Source of the DNA: Thermoplasmata archaeon
Lineage (GTDB): Archaea; Thermoplasmatota; Thermoplasmata; Lutacidiplasmatales; UBA184
Length of the DNA: 64,000 nt
Direction of reading: 5' to 3'
Assembly: GCA_035504395.1 (NCBI GenBank)
Contig: DATJRX010000005.1
Location: forward strand, 3,334 to 67,333
Shown here: piece by piece, positions 27,995-37,715 of the stretch
Layout: every line of letters starts with the position of its first letter
How positions within the stretch are numbered: the first letter of the stretch is position 1
Translations under genes and position numbers: made by a program
Notes under the pieces: model-generated
Seen by the model: only the letters and a program-made list of their open reading frames with translations
The model's database searches: none
Told to the model about the DNA's origin: nothing

Positions 27995-28561
27995 ATGCGA
28001 CTGGAGTCGGGGCTGTTTCGGGAACCGGGGGAGCGGCCGCTTCCGTCCGCGCTGCTCGAGCGAGTGGAGCGGCGCCGGGGCCGTCCCCGACTCGAGTACC
28101 GTCCCCGCCTCGAGAACCCCGGGGACGTGGAGCAGCTCCGACGGCTCGGGGTCCCCGCGGTGCTGGTGACCCCCGAGTGGGTCCGCGCGAGCGGCTATCC
28201 GGTCCGCTTCCAGCCCTGGCTCGCCGTCCCCGAGGGGCTCGCGGACAAGTTCGCCACGGCCTATCGGATCCTTCCGGTGCGCGACGCGGACGCCCTGCGG
28301 GCGCCGGGGATCGTCGAGCTGATCGCGCTCCTCCTCCGGTTCGATCCGCTCGCCGCCCGAGTGGTCGCCCGGCGGAACCGCGGACGGATCGACCCGAACG
28401 AGCTCTACCGTCGGGTCCGGAACGAAGGCCTCGAACGCGCCGCAACGCGCGTGCGGTTGCAAGAGATCGCGCCGGCGATACCGGTGGTGGGAGAAGCGCT
28501 GCCCCGCGAGGAGCTCCGGTGGGTCGAACGGAACAACCCGGCCGAGGGCGATCCGCCGTGA
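27995..28561 (+). CDS. Hypothetical protein, putative antitoxin of an AbiE-like type IV TA pair
   Basis: GTGA overlap with the downstream nucleotidyltransferase; helical C-terminal region. Confidence 0.55.
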   Translation: MRLESGLFREPGERPLPSALLERVERRRGRPRLEYRPRLENPGDVEQLRRLGVPAVLVTPEWVRASGYPVRFQPWLAVPEGLADKFATAYRILPVRDADALRAPGIVELIALLLRFDPLAARVVARRNRGRIDPNELYRRVRNEGLERAATRVRLQEIAPAIPVVGEALPREELRWVERNNPAEGDPP

Positions 28562-29136
28562 TCGACCCCGAGATCGCCGCGGCGCGCGAGATCCTCCGCG
28601 CCGCGGGCGTCCCGTTCGTCGTGGTCGGGGGCCAGGCGATCGCCCGGCGCGCGGCGACCGCCACCCGCGACATTGACGTGATGGTCGCGACGCGCGACTA
28701 CGCGAAGGCGCTCGTCGCCCTGCATCGAGTTCCCGGACTCGCGTTCGACTGGGACGACGGGAAGCTCGCCCGGTTCCGGATCCTCGCTCTCGGCGGGGTG
28801 CCGCTCGACATCATCAACTCGGGCGCGTTCGCGGGCGCTCACGGGGAGGGGGAGTTCTTCGACTTCCTGCTCCGCGAGGCGTCGACCGAGGAGGACGGGG
28901 TCTCGTACGGGACCCCCGAAGCGGTCTGGTACACCCGGCTCCTGACCAAGCGGTGGCGGTCGTACGCCGAGAAGATCGTCACGAACGTGATCGACGGCGT
29001 CACGCCCGACACCCTGACCGGGGTCGAGGGGATCGCCGAGCGGTTCGGCACCGACGGGACGCTGGCGGAGAGGATCCAGCTCGTCCGGGACGAACTGGCC
29101 CGGCCCGAGGTGGCGGCGCTCGTGCGCCGCCGGTGA
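28558..29136 (+). CDS. Pol-beta-superfamily nucleotidyltransferase (AbiEii/DUF6036-like)
   Basis: FVVVGGQAI...ATRDIDVMV...PLDII. Confidence 0.78.
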   Translation: MIDPEIAAAREILRAAGVPFVVVGGQAIARRAATATRDIDVMVATRDYAKALVALHRVPGLAFDWDDGKLARFRILALGGVPLDIINSGAFAGAHGEGEFFDFLLREASTEEDGVSYGTPEAVWYTRLLTKRWRSYAEKIVTNVIDGVTPDTLTGVEGIAERFGTDGTLAERIQLVRDELARPEVAALVRRR

Positions 29137-29149
29137 GCGCGCGGGGGAT

Positions 29150-29671
29150 CTACTTCGCTCCCGTGGCGGCGTCCGGGACGAACTCCTCGGTCCACTTCTG
29201 GGACAGGGCGTCCCGCCGGGGCTTGTACACCTGCGCGTAGAAGGCGTTGGGAGACTCGAGCGTCCGCCGGTCCGAGGCGCGGACGATCGACTCCGCTTCC
29301 TTCCACGCCGCGTCGAACTGGCGCTTCCCGCCGAACCGGGCGGCGATCTGCCGCTCGAACTCGACCTCCGTCTGGGTGTCGTCCCCGATCGTGAAGTACA
29401 GCTTCGACCGGGACGTATCCCGGAACGCCTCGTCCTGGCCGAGGTGGTAGAGCTCCCGGCCCGGGTGTTCCGCCGGGGCCCCGCCCTCTCCTCCGCCCCC
29501 GCCTCCGCTGCGGCCGCCGAACCCGCGCTTCGCGGCGGCGTAGAAGATCGCCCGGTTGAGGCCCCAGGAGTAGGCCGACTCGAGCGGGAGCCCCAGGGCC
29601 CTCGCTCGGGCGGCCTGGAGCATCGCCATGACGATGAAGCGCGAGATCGCGAGGCGCTTCCGCCCCGGCAT
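29150..29671 (-). CDS. Hypothetical protein
   Basis: RFIVMAMLQAARA...SWGLNRAIFYAAAKRG...FYAQVYKPRRD; host-like codons. Confidence 0.75.
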   Translation of the reverse strand: MPGRKRLAISRFIVMAMLQAARARALGLPLESAYSWGLNRAIFYAAAKRGFGGRSGGGGGGEGGAPAEHPGRELYHLGQDEAFRDTSRSKLYFTIGDDTQTEVEFERQIAARFGGKRQFDAAWKEAESIVRASDRRTLESPNAFYAQVYKPRRDALSQKWTEEFVPDAATGAK

Positions 29672-29682
29672 CGCCCGCCCCG

Positions 29683-30234
29683 CTACGCGTCGGACTCGGG
29701 CGGCTCGTGCGACGGGTGCTCGCCCCGGTCGAACATCGCCATCGCCGCGCGCCGCTTCTCCTCGCGTTCCTTTCGGCTCATCCGGATCGGCATCGAGAGC
29801 GACCAGTGGTGACCGAACGGATCGCGCAGGTGACCGTACCGCTCGCCCCAGAACTGATCCTCGAGGGGCATCGTGACCGTCGCCCCGGCGGCGACCGCGC
29901 GGTTCCAGAGCGTCTCGACGTCGGTCGTGTAGACGTGGAGCGCGACCGTGGTCGTCTCGAGGGTCGACGGGGCCGTGCGGTCCGACCCCTGGAACACGTC
30001 CGAGAGGAACAGCATCGAGTCGCCGATCTTGAGCCGCCCGTGGATCAGCTTGCCGTCCGGCGTCAGCTGTCGGAGCAGCTCTCGGGCGCCGAACGCCTTC
30101 TTGTAGAAGTCCATCGCCGCGGCGCCGCCGACCACCGCGAGATACGGGGTGATCGTGTGGAAGCCGGCCGGGATCCGGGGCTTGGGTTTCGTTCGGCGGC
30201 GGCGCGCGGTGCGAGGCTTCCTGCGAGTGGGCAT
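29683..30234 (-). CDS. VOC family protein (PhnB-like)
   Basis: FHTITPYL...AMDFYKKAFGA...DQFWGERYGHLRDPFGHHW. Confidence 0.92.
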   Translation of the reverse strand: MPTRRKPRTARRRRTKPKPRIPAGFHTITPYLAVVGGAAAMDFYKKAFGARELLRQLTPDGKLIHGRLKIGDSMLFLSDVFQGSDRTAPSTLETTTVALHVYTTDVETLWNRAVAAGATVTMPLEDQFWGERYGHLRDPFGHHWSLSMPIRMSRKEREEKRRAAMAMFDRGEHPSHEPPESDA

Positions 30235-30297
30235 GCGGATACCGCCGGGTCGAGCCGGCGGACCTACATAATGGGCGGGACGCCCGTTCGCTTCCGC

Positions 30298-30933
30298 TCA
30301 GGGAAGGGAGATCGAGACCTCGCCCGAGTACCCGTCCACCCCGAGCACCTCGAGCGTGTGGCCCTGGCCGAACGGGGAGGTCTTCGTGCTCCCGAACTGG
30401 ATCCAGATCGTGTCCTGGTTGGACACGAGCGAGCTCGCGGTGACCCCGCCGCCGTACCGCTCCCAGGCCGTGGTCTCGAACGCCTTGTTCTTCGCGATCG
30501 TCGAGGAGGCAAGGACCGAGTTCGTCGAGCCCACGAGCGAGATCAGCGCGGAGTTCATGCTGACCGTGTGGACGCGCCCGGTCGAGTCCGTCACCTGGAA
30601 CGCGAGGTTCGAGACCTTGAGCCCGTCCGACGCCTCGTCCACCGGGATGGCGTAGCAGTAGCGGCCCTCGGCGCAGTACGTCGACGGGTGTGCGCTGCCC
30701 GACACCTGCTCGGCCGGGCCGGCGTAGAAGGAGGACTCGAGCGGCTGGGACGCTCCCGAATGGACGTCCCCGACGATGAGCACGTAGAGCACCGCGGCCA
30801 GGACGACGGTGATCGCGACCAGCAGGAGCGTCGCGATGATGGGGGCGACGGCCCGTCCCCGAGCGTGGGGCCGGGCGAGCCCCCCCGATCGGCGGCCTCG
30901 GCGTGGGCGCTCGGCTGCGGCGGTCCCGGTCAT
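30298..30933 (-). CDS. Archaeal type IV pilin (class III signal peptide)
   Basis: RGRA|VAPIIATLLLVAITVVLAAVLY; TATAAG about 25 nt upstream. Confidence 0.88.
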   Translation of the reverse strand: MTGTAAAERPRRGRRSGGLARPHARGRAVAPIIATLLLVAITVVLAAVLYVLIVGDVHSGASQPLESSFYAGPAEQVSGSAHPSTYCAEGRYCYAIPVDEASDGLKVSNLAFQVTDSTGRVHTVSMNSALISLVGSTNSVLASSTIAKNKAFETTAWERYGGGVTASSLVSNQDTIWIQFGSTKTSPFGQGHTLEVLGVDGYSGEVSISLP

Positions 30934-31022
30934 GCCGTTGGATTGGTCCGGCCCCCATCTTATACGCTTCGATTTCGGGGATTCCGGCCCGCCCGGGAAG
31001 GGGTGCGTTCCCGGTCGCGCGC

Positions 31023-32987
31023 TCAGCCGCTCGAACGCGCCGGACGCACCAGGGGTCGCGTCGGGAGCCCATACTTTCGCAGCAGGTCCACGAACCGCGG
31101 GTCGGTGCGGATCGAGTCGAACGTGGCCGACCGGTAGTAGAGCCACAGCGTCGGATCCCCTTCGCGGTACTCCTTCTCGAGCAGGTCGAGGGCGATCGAT
31201 CCTTCGCCGAGGGCCGCGTGCAGCATCGCGAGGTGGGAGTCCGAGGTGTACGACTGGGTCTCGCCCCGGGCCGCCTCGGCGAGGATCTCGCGGGCGACCT
31301 TGGGCCGGCCGAGCACCGCGTTCAGCATGGCGTGATCGAACCGCTCGTTGTCGTCTGCCGGGGCGATCGCGACGTCGGCTTCGCGCGTCGCCTCGTCGCG
31401 GCGGCCGAGCTCGAGCAGCGTGAGGCCGAGCATCGTGTGCGGGGAGAGCGAGGTGGGTTCCCGCGCGATCCGGGCCCGGCCATGACGAACGCTCGCCTCG
31501 GGGTCGTCGGACGCCGACTCGGCCCACGCGAGGGTCCCCTCGTGCTCGCCGGCCGGGTCCAGGCGTACCGCAAGAGCCAGCTCGGCGCGCGCCTCGGCGA
31601 ACCGCTCGAGGGCGATCAGCATCAGCCCAAAGAACGTGTGCGCGTCGATGTTGCTGGGATTCAGCTCGATCGCCCGGCGGAACTCCCGCTCCGCGGTCGC
31701 CCAGTCATGATCGTACTGCATCGCGATGTTGCCGAGCGCGGCGTGGGCCTCCGCCGAGTCCGGGTCGAGCGCGAGGGCCTTCGCGGCGAGCTCGCGGGCG
31801 CGGGGGATCGCCTCCCGGAACGACAGGTGGTCGCCCGCCGCTCGCACGTAGAGGTTCGCCCACGAGGCGAACGCCTCGGCGAACTTGGGGTCGAGGCGGG
31901 TGGCGGCCTCGAACGAGCGCACCGCCTCGATGTGGTGCGCCGCGTCGAACCCGGACGAGGCGGCGAGTCCACGGAGGTAGAGGTCGTACGCCTCGAGGCT
32001 GGTGGTCGGCGGCCGGCGCGCGCGGGCCGGCTCCGACCGGGCCAGCTGCAATCGAAGCGCCTCGGCGGTCCGTTCGGCGATGTCCGACTGCACCTCGAAG
32101 ACGTCGGTGAGCTCCCGATTGTAGGTCCCGGCCCAGACATGCCGCTGGGTGCTCACGTCGATGAGCTGGAGCGTGATCCGGATCTTCTGTCCGGACTTCC
32201 GGACGCTGCCTTCGAGGACCGTGTCGACCCCGAGCTCCTGGCCGACCTGGGCGATCGACTTCGGCGCGGTCTTGTACGGCAGGATCGACGTCCGGGCGGT
32301 CACGCTGAGGCCCGGCACCTGGGAGAGGACCGCGATCAGCTCCTCCGTCAGCCCGTCGGCGAAGTACTCGTCGTGCGGATCCGGGCTGATGTTGGCGAGC
32401 GGCAGCACCGCGAGCTGGCGCCCCAACGACTCGGCCGCCATCCGACCCTCCTTGCGTACGGCCGCCCACGGGGGGACGACCCGGTACACCCCCATCGGCA
32501 CGCGGATGTTCTTGAGCGCGACGGGCGGCAGCCGGGTGAAGGTCGCCTCGAGCTTGTTCTGGATCTGGTCGTAGACCTGCTGGGTCACGCTGATCCCGCC
32601 CGGCTCGGAGAGCGGTTCCACGCGCGACGCGATGTTGACGGCATCCCCCAGCACGTCGCCGTCCGCCTGCACCACGTCCCCGACATGCAGCCCGATGCGC
32701 ACGAGGATCCGCTCGGAGGCGGGCAGCGCGGCGTTCCGCTCGTGGAGCGCTTTCTGCACGTCGAGCGCGCACTGGCCCGCGTCCAGGGCACTCTCGAACT
32801 CGATGAGGAACGCGTCCCCGACCGTCTTGATCTCGCGTCCGTGGTGGCGGGCGAAGATCGGGCGGAGCAGCGCGTTGTGCGTTTCGAGCGCCGAGAGCGC
32901 GGCGGCCTCGTCGGTCTGGGCGAGAGCCGAGTACCCCACCATGTCCGTGAACATGATGGCAGCCAAGCGGCGGTGCGAAGCGGCCAC
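31023..32987 (-). CDS. Class III adenylate/guanylate cyclase with TolB-like and TPR domains, paralog 1
   Basis: RRLAAIMFTDMVG, KTVGDA, GDVLGDAVNIASR, LAVLPLAN...YFADGLTEELI, TPRs. Confidence 0.92.
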   Translation of the reverse strand: MAASHRRLAAIMFTDMVGYSALAQTDEAAALSALETHNALLRPIFARHHGREIKTVGDAFLIEFESALDAGQCALDVQKALHERNAALPASERILVRIGLHVGDVVQADGDVLGDAVNIASRVEPLSEPGGISVTQQVYDQIQNKLEATFTRLPPVALKNIRVPMGVYRVVPPWAAVRKEGRMAAESLGRQLAVLPLANISPDPHDEYFADGLTEELIAVLSQVPGLSVTARTSILPYKTAPKSIAQVGQELGVDTVLEGSVRKSGQKIRITLQLIDVSTQRHVWAGTYNRELTDVFEVQSDIAERTAEALRLQLARSEPARARRPPTTSLEAYDLYLRGLAASSGFDAAHHIEAVRSFEAATRLDPKFAEAFASWANLYVRAAGDHLSFREAIPRARELAAKALALDPDSAEAHAALGNIAMQYDHDWATAEREFRRAIELNPSNIDAHTFFGLMLIALERFAEARAELALAVRLDPAGEHEGTLAWAESASDDPEASVRHGRARIAREPTSLSPHTMLGLTLLELGRRDEATREADVAIAPADDNERFDHAMLNAVLGRPKVAREILAEAARGETQSYTSDSHLAMLHAALGEGSIALDLLEKEYREGDPTLWLYYRSATFDSIRTDPRFVDLLRKYGLPTRPLVRPARSSG

Positions 32988-33155
32988 GATCCCCGGACGG
33001 CGCTCCGGCGAAATAAACGCTCGCCGGGATGCTGAAACGGGGCGGGACCCGGCCGTCCGGCCGGCGCGGGCTCCGGTCGCCCGGGGGAGGTCGTCGCCCC
33101 GCGGGAGACGTCGGCGCACGCACGCCTAATGAGGCCGGGTTCGGTCCCCCGATCC

Positions 33156-35147
33156 GTGGCGCGGGAGTCCCGTCGGCTCGCCGCGATCATGTTCACCGAC
33201 CTCGTGGGGTTCACGTCCCTCGGCCAGCGCAACGAGGGAGAGGCGCTCCGCCTCCGTCGGGAGCATCAGGAGATCGTCCGACCCCTCCTCGCGGCGCACG
33301 GCGGTCGGGAGGTCAAGACGACCGGCGATGGGTTCCTCGTCGAGTTCCCGAGCGCCGTGGAGTCGGTCCGCTGCGCGGTCGAGATCCAGGGCGCCGTCGG
33401 GCGACGGAACGCGCTCGCCGGATCCGCAGAGCCGATCCGGCTCCGCATCGGCATCCACGTGGGCGACGTCGTGGACGACGCCGGCGACATCGTCGGCGAC
33501 GCGGTGAACGTCGCGTCCCGGATCGAACCGCTCGCGGAACCGGGCGGCGTCTGCGTCTCGGGCTCGGTGTACGACCAGGTGCGCAACAAGCTCGAGGTGC
33601 CGCTCGAGCGGGTCGGCACGCGCGAGCTGAAGCACGTGGAGTTCCCGGTCGACATCTACCGGGTCCGGCTCGGCGAGACGTTCGAGCCGCGAGAGCGGGT
33701 CGTCGAGCCGGGACCGGACGCGCGCCCGCGCCTGGCCGTGCTTCCGATGGCCAACTTGAGCCCGGATACCGCGGACGATTACTTCGCGGACGGGCTCACC
33801 GAGGAACTGATCTCCCAGACCTCGAGGATCCCGGACCTCCGCGTCATCGCCCGGACCTCGGTACTGCAGTACAAGGGGTCGACGAAGCCGCTCCGCACCG
33901 TGGCCCACGAGCTCGGCGTGGGGCTCGCGCTCGAGGGGTCGGTGCGCAAGTCCGGCGACCGCCTCCGCGTGACCGTCCAGCTGGTCGACGCGCGCTCCGA
34001 GGAACATCTCTGGTCGTCGCGCTACGACCGGCCGCTCGGCGACATCTTCGCGATCCAGGACGATATCGCGCAGCAGGTCGCCGCCTCGATGGCCGCCCAC
34101 ATGACCGGGCGGGGCGCTGCTCCGGGGCGCCGGGTCCTCCCGGCGGTCCGCGACACGACGGACCTTCGGGCGTACACCGCCTACCTGCACGGCCGCAAGC
34201 TCCTCTCCGAGAAGGATTCGGAGACGACCGTGGCGCGGGCCGTCGAACTGTTCGAGGAAGCGGAGCGCATCGATCCGAATTTCGCGCGCGCCCGCGTCGC
34301 CCGGGCCGAGGCCCTGATGTGGCTCATGAACGAGGGCGCGGTCCCGTTGCTCGACGGCGAGAAGGAGGTGCGCACGGAGCTCGCCCGGGCCATCGAGCTC
34401 GACGCCTCGCTGGCGGAGGCGCACGCCGCGCTCGCCGGCCTCCTCCTCGGGACCGACGAGCTCGCGGCGTCCGAGCGCGAGAGCCGCCGGGCGATGGAGC
34501 TCAACCCGAACGTCATCGACTCGTACCGGTGGCTCGCCCAGATCGCGGCGGGTGATGGGCGCCTGGACGAGGCGGCGCGGCTGCTCGAGACCGCGGTCCA
34601 GATCGACCCCCTCGACATCAACATCCTCGCCTTCCTCGGCCGGATCTACTTCTACGCCGGGCACATCGATCGCGCGCTCGAGCATTGGAAGCGCACGGAG
34701 ACGCTCGTGCCGTACCGGACGCAAGCACACCGGGCGGAGTACGCGCTCTCGATCGGGGACCTCGACGCGGCGCAGACCTACGTCCGCGACCTGGAGCGGC
34801 TGCGACCGGAGAGCGTGTGGACCGAGGTCTACCGCGGGGCGCTCGCGGCCCGCCGCGGCCGTCCGGAGGAGACGCGCGCCGCGATCGAGCGCCTCGAACG
34901 CCGGGGCCAGACGGGCGAGATGACCGCGCTGTTCACCGGCGCGCTCTACCACGCCCTCGGGGAGGACGACGCGTTCGTGCGCTGCATGGAGGAAGCGTTC
35001 GACCAACACTCGTTGCCGTTCCTGGAGCTCCTGTACTCGCCCCTCTACGAGCGCGCCCGCGCCGACCCCCGGATCCGCGCCCTGATCGAGCGCCAGCGGG
35101 CGCTGCGCACGGCCGAGGGGGATACCCCCCCGCGCCGAACGCCTTAA
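33156..35147 (+). CDS. Class III adenylate/guanylate cyclase with TolB-like and TPR domains, paralog 2
   Basis: RRLAAIMFTDLVG, KTTGDG, GDIVGDAVNVASR, LAVLPMAN...YFADGLTEELI, TPRs. Confidence 0.92.
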   Translation: MARESRRLAAIMFTDLVGFTSLGQRNEGEALRLRREHQEIVRPLLAAHGGREVKTTGDGFLVEFPSAVESVRCAVEIQGAVGRRNALAGSAEPIRLRIGIHVGDVVDDAGDIVGDAVNVASRIEPLAEPGGVCVSGSVYDQVRNKLEVPLERVGTRELKHVEFPVDIYRVRLGETFEPRERVVEPGPDARPRLAVLPMANLSPDTADDYFADGLTEELISQTSRIPDLRVIARTSVLQYKGSTKPLRTVAHELGVGLALEGSVRKSGDRLRVTVQLVDARSEEHLWSSRYDRPLGDIFAIQDDIAQQVAASMAAHMTGRGAAPGRRVLPAVRDTTDLRAYTAYLHGRKLLSEKDSETTVARAVELFEEAERIDPNFARARVARAEALMWLMNEGAVPLLDGEKEVRTELARAIELDASLAEAHAALAGLLLGTDELAASERESRRAMELNPNVIDSYRWLAQIAAGDGRLDEAARLLETAVQIDPLDINILAFLGRIYFYAGHIDRALEHWKRTETLVPYRTQAHRAEYALSIGDLDAAQTYVRDLERLRPESVWTEVYRGALAARRGRPEETRAAIERLERRGQTGEMTALFTGALYHALGEDDAFVRCMEEAFDQHSLPFLELLYSPLYERARADPRIRALIERQRALRTAEGDTPPRRTP

Positions 35148-35173
35148 CTCGGCCCGCCATCGGTGGGACAGCC

Positions 35174-35878
35174 ATGTACGGGCGGGGCGAGGGAGGGACC
35201 TTCTCGATCGCGGCGTCGGACGTCGACGCGGGATTCTGGGGCGTCGCGGTCTCCACGATGCCGATCGCCGTCGGGGCGATCGTCCCTTGGGCCGAGTGGA
35301 AGGTCGGGGCCGTTGCGACCCAGGCCGACGCGAACTACTGGCTCGGTCCCCGCGGTCTCGAGCTGCTCCGGGCCGGGCGGTCCGCGGAGGCGACGCTCGC
35401 CCGGCTGCTCCGCGCGGACGCGCGACGGGCCCACCGACAGGTCGGCGTCGTCGACCGGAAGGGTCGGGCGGCGGCCTGGACGGGCGCGAAGTGCATGGAG
35501 AGCGCGACCCACGTCGTCGGCGACGGCTTCACCTGCCAGGGGAACATCGTCGCCAGCGACGAGGTCGTCCGCGCGATGGCCTCGGCGTTCGAGTCGAGCC
35601 GGGGCTCGCTCGCGGCCCGGATGATGAGGGCGCTCCGGGCCGGGGAGCGGAAGGGCGGCGACCGGCGCGGCATCCGATCGGCGGCGATCCTGATCGTGCA
35701 TCGGGAACCCTGGTTCCTGTCGTCGTGGGGGAACCACTGGATCGACCTTCGGGTCGACATGCACGCGCACCCGATCCGGGAGCTCGACCGGATTGTGCGA
35801 TACGACGAAGCGCAGACCGAGAAGTTCCTCCGGTCGAAGATGGCCCGCGACCTTCGTCGCAAGGCCGCGCGACGCTGA
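35174..35878 (+). CDS. DUF1028 Ntn-hydrolase-like protein
   Basis: TFSIAA...GAVATQA...QGNI...GGDRRGIRSAA...DLRVD. Confidence 0.88.
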   Translation: MYGRGEGGTFSIAASDVDAGFWGVAVSTMPIAVGAIVPWAEWKVGAVATQADANYWLGPRGLELLRAGRSAEATLARLLRADARRAHRQVGVVDRKGRAAAWTGAKCMESATHVVGDGFTCQGNIVASDEVVRAMASAFESSRGSLAARMMRALRAGERKGGDRRGIRSAAILIVHREPWFLSSWGNHWIDLRVDMHAHPIRELDRIVRYDEAQTEKFLRSKMARDLRRKAARR

Positions 35879-35897
35879 TGCCGAGCGCGGGGGCCGG

Positions 35898-36680
35898 CTA
35901 CGGCTTGCGGACCTGCCAGACCATCTCCGCGGGGAAGCGATGCGCCCACCGCTCGTCCCGCTCGGCGAGGTAGCGGGACCGGTCGCCGGGACGGGGTCGG
36001 GTCTCCGACAGGTGCTCGACGACGAGGCCGCTCGCGGCGAAGATCTCGATCCACTCGCCGGCCGACGGTCGGTACTCGAACATGTTCCCGACCTCCCGAC
36101 GCAGCGGGCCGAAGTAGGGGGTCCGCAGGCGACGGGAGAAGTGGTCCGCCCGGCGGTCGAGCGTGAGCAGGCTCAGCAGCGTCCCGGTCACGAAGACGAG
36201 GCGCCCTCCCCGGCGGAGCACCCGGGCGCACTCCGGGATGGAGCGCTCCGGATCGGAGAAGGAGAGCGCGCCCCAATCGCAGAAGGCGAGGTCGAAGTGG
36301 CCGTCGCGAAACGGAAGACGTTCGGCGTTCGCGCACACGAGCGGGACCCGGACCCGGGCCCCTCGGGCGAGTCGGTTCGCCTTGGAGAGCTGAGCGCCGG
36401 ACTGGTCGATCCCGACGACCCGCGCGCCCGCCCGGCGCAGCGCGATCGCCCATCGACCCGCACCGCAGCCGACCTCGAGGATGCGGCGGCCCCGAACGGG
36501 GCCGAGCCAACGGGCCCGGGACTCGGGGATCCTCCAGAGCCCCCACGCCCGCGCGTACGGCCCGCCGAGGATCGGTTCGAACCGCCGGTCGTAGGCGTCG
36601 CTCTGCCGGTCCCAGGCGTGGCGATTGTGGACCGCCGGCGGGAGGGTCGGCCGCGACGCGGAGCGGCGGGAGGTCGTCAT
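35898..36680 (-). CDS. Class I SAM-dependent methyltransferase
   Basis: ILEVGCGAG, AERLPF, FDLA, RVLRRGG. Confidence 0.9.
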   Translation of the reverse strand: MTTSRRSASRPTLPPAVHNRHAWDRQSDAYDRRFEPILGGPYARAWGLWRIPESRARWLGPVRGRRILEVGCGAGRWAIALRRAGARVVGIDQSGAQLSKANRLARGARVRVPLVCANAERLPFRDGHFDLAFCDWGALSFSDPERSIPECARVLRRGGRLVFVTGTLLSLLTLDRRADHFSRRLRTPYFGPLRREVGNMFEYRPSAGEWIEIFAASGLVVEHLSETRPRPGDRSRYLAERDERWAHRFPAEMVWQVRKP

Positions 36681-36768
36681 CGGTCCGGTCGCCCGGCAAA
36701 GCGCCGATAAGTCGGTTGCGTCCCCCTCCGGCCCCGGAACTCTCCCACTGCGGAGGGATGCCGGCGGC

Positions 36769-36799
36769 ATTCGGGAGCGATTCCGGGGGCTTCTCGGAA
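36769..36799 (+). promoter_or_regulatory. 31-bp putative operator, copy A
   Basis: 22/31 identical to the reverse complement of 38141-38171. Confidence 0.55.
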
Positions 36800-36845
36800 A
36801 ATCCGCATCCCCCGTCCGACCCTCGTCCTCCCAAGGAGGTGAACC

Positions 36846-37229
36846 ATGCGTCGAAGCAACGCGCTGATGCTCGGCGCGGCGGTCCTGGGCGGGCTTCTGG
36901 TCCTTTCGGTCGTCGCGTTCGGGGTGCTCAGCACGGCGTCGGCCTTCCCGGCAACGGGGAGCGACTCGGCGGTCGCGTCGAGCTCCGGCTCCAACAACAC
37001 GACGAACGGCACCGCGCTCCCGCCCCCGTGCCCGGGTCCGGGCCTGCCGCCGCCGCCGAACCCAGTCGGGAATGCCACGGGCAACGCCACCGCGGCCGGG
37101 AACGGTACGGGTCTTCCGCCGCCGCCCTGCGGCGGACCCCGCGGACCGCCGCCGATCGGGTCGGGCGGCTGCCCCAACATGACGGCCGTGTCGAACTCGA
37201 CCACCAGCGGGGACGGAACGGAGGACTGA
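36846..37229 (+). CDS. Secreted Pro/Gly/Asn-rich small protein with repeated NGTxLPPP(P)C
   Basis: Signal peptide; strong GGAGGTGA SD; three Cys; many N-x-T/S sequons. Confidence 0.72.
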   Translation: MRRSNALMLGAAVLGGLLVLSVVAFGVLSTASAFPATGSDSAVASSSGSNNTTNGTALPPPCPGPGLPPPPNPVGNATGNATAAGNGTGLPPPPCGGPRGPPPIGSGGCPNMTAVSNSTTSGDGTED

Positions 37230-37283
37230 CGTCCCCCTTCGCCCCCCCGCCGGACGCCCAACCCTTTCCCCCGCGCGCGCCGG

Positions 37284-37715
37284 CTATTCCAGGCTCAGGT
37301 AGAGGAATACCGCGAACGCGACGGCCTCGAAGAACCCGCCGAGCAGGAAGAAGAAGCCGAGGTTTCCCGGGGCGTACCCGAGCGCGCCGAAGACCGCGGG
37401 GGATGCGACCACGGTCTCGAAGAAGAGGGCGAACAGGACGACCAACAGTCCGAGCGCGAATCGGGCGTGCGTCTCCGAGTAGGTGCGGACGTACACTCCG
37501 ATGAGGGCCACGACCAGGACCAGGTCGAGCCCGGACACGAACAACGGCGCCCGGTAGGGAACGGCAGGCGCCGGTCCGGGGTGCGGCCCCGGGGGCGACG
37601 CCGGCGCCGGTCCGAGCGCCGCGAGGGCCACTCCCGCGAGGAGCCCGATCGCGAGGACGACCAGCACCCAGACCCAGGGAGGGATCCGGGGCCCGGCCGG
37701 TGGGGCCTCGCTCAT
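37284..37715 (-). CDS. Four-TM membrane protein coupled to the ArsR-like regulator
   Basis: ATGA overlap with the upstream HTH gene; YVRTYSETHARFALGL motif. Confidence 0.78.
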   Translation of the reverse strand: MSEAPPAGPRIPPWVWVLVVLAIGLLAGVALAALGPAPASPPGPHPGPAPAVPYRAPLFVSGLDLVLVVALIGVYVRTYSETHARFALGLLVVLFALFFETVVASPAVFGALGYAPGNLGFFFLLGGFFEAVAFAVFLYLSLE

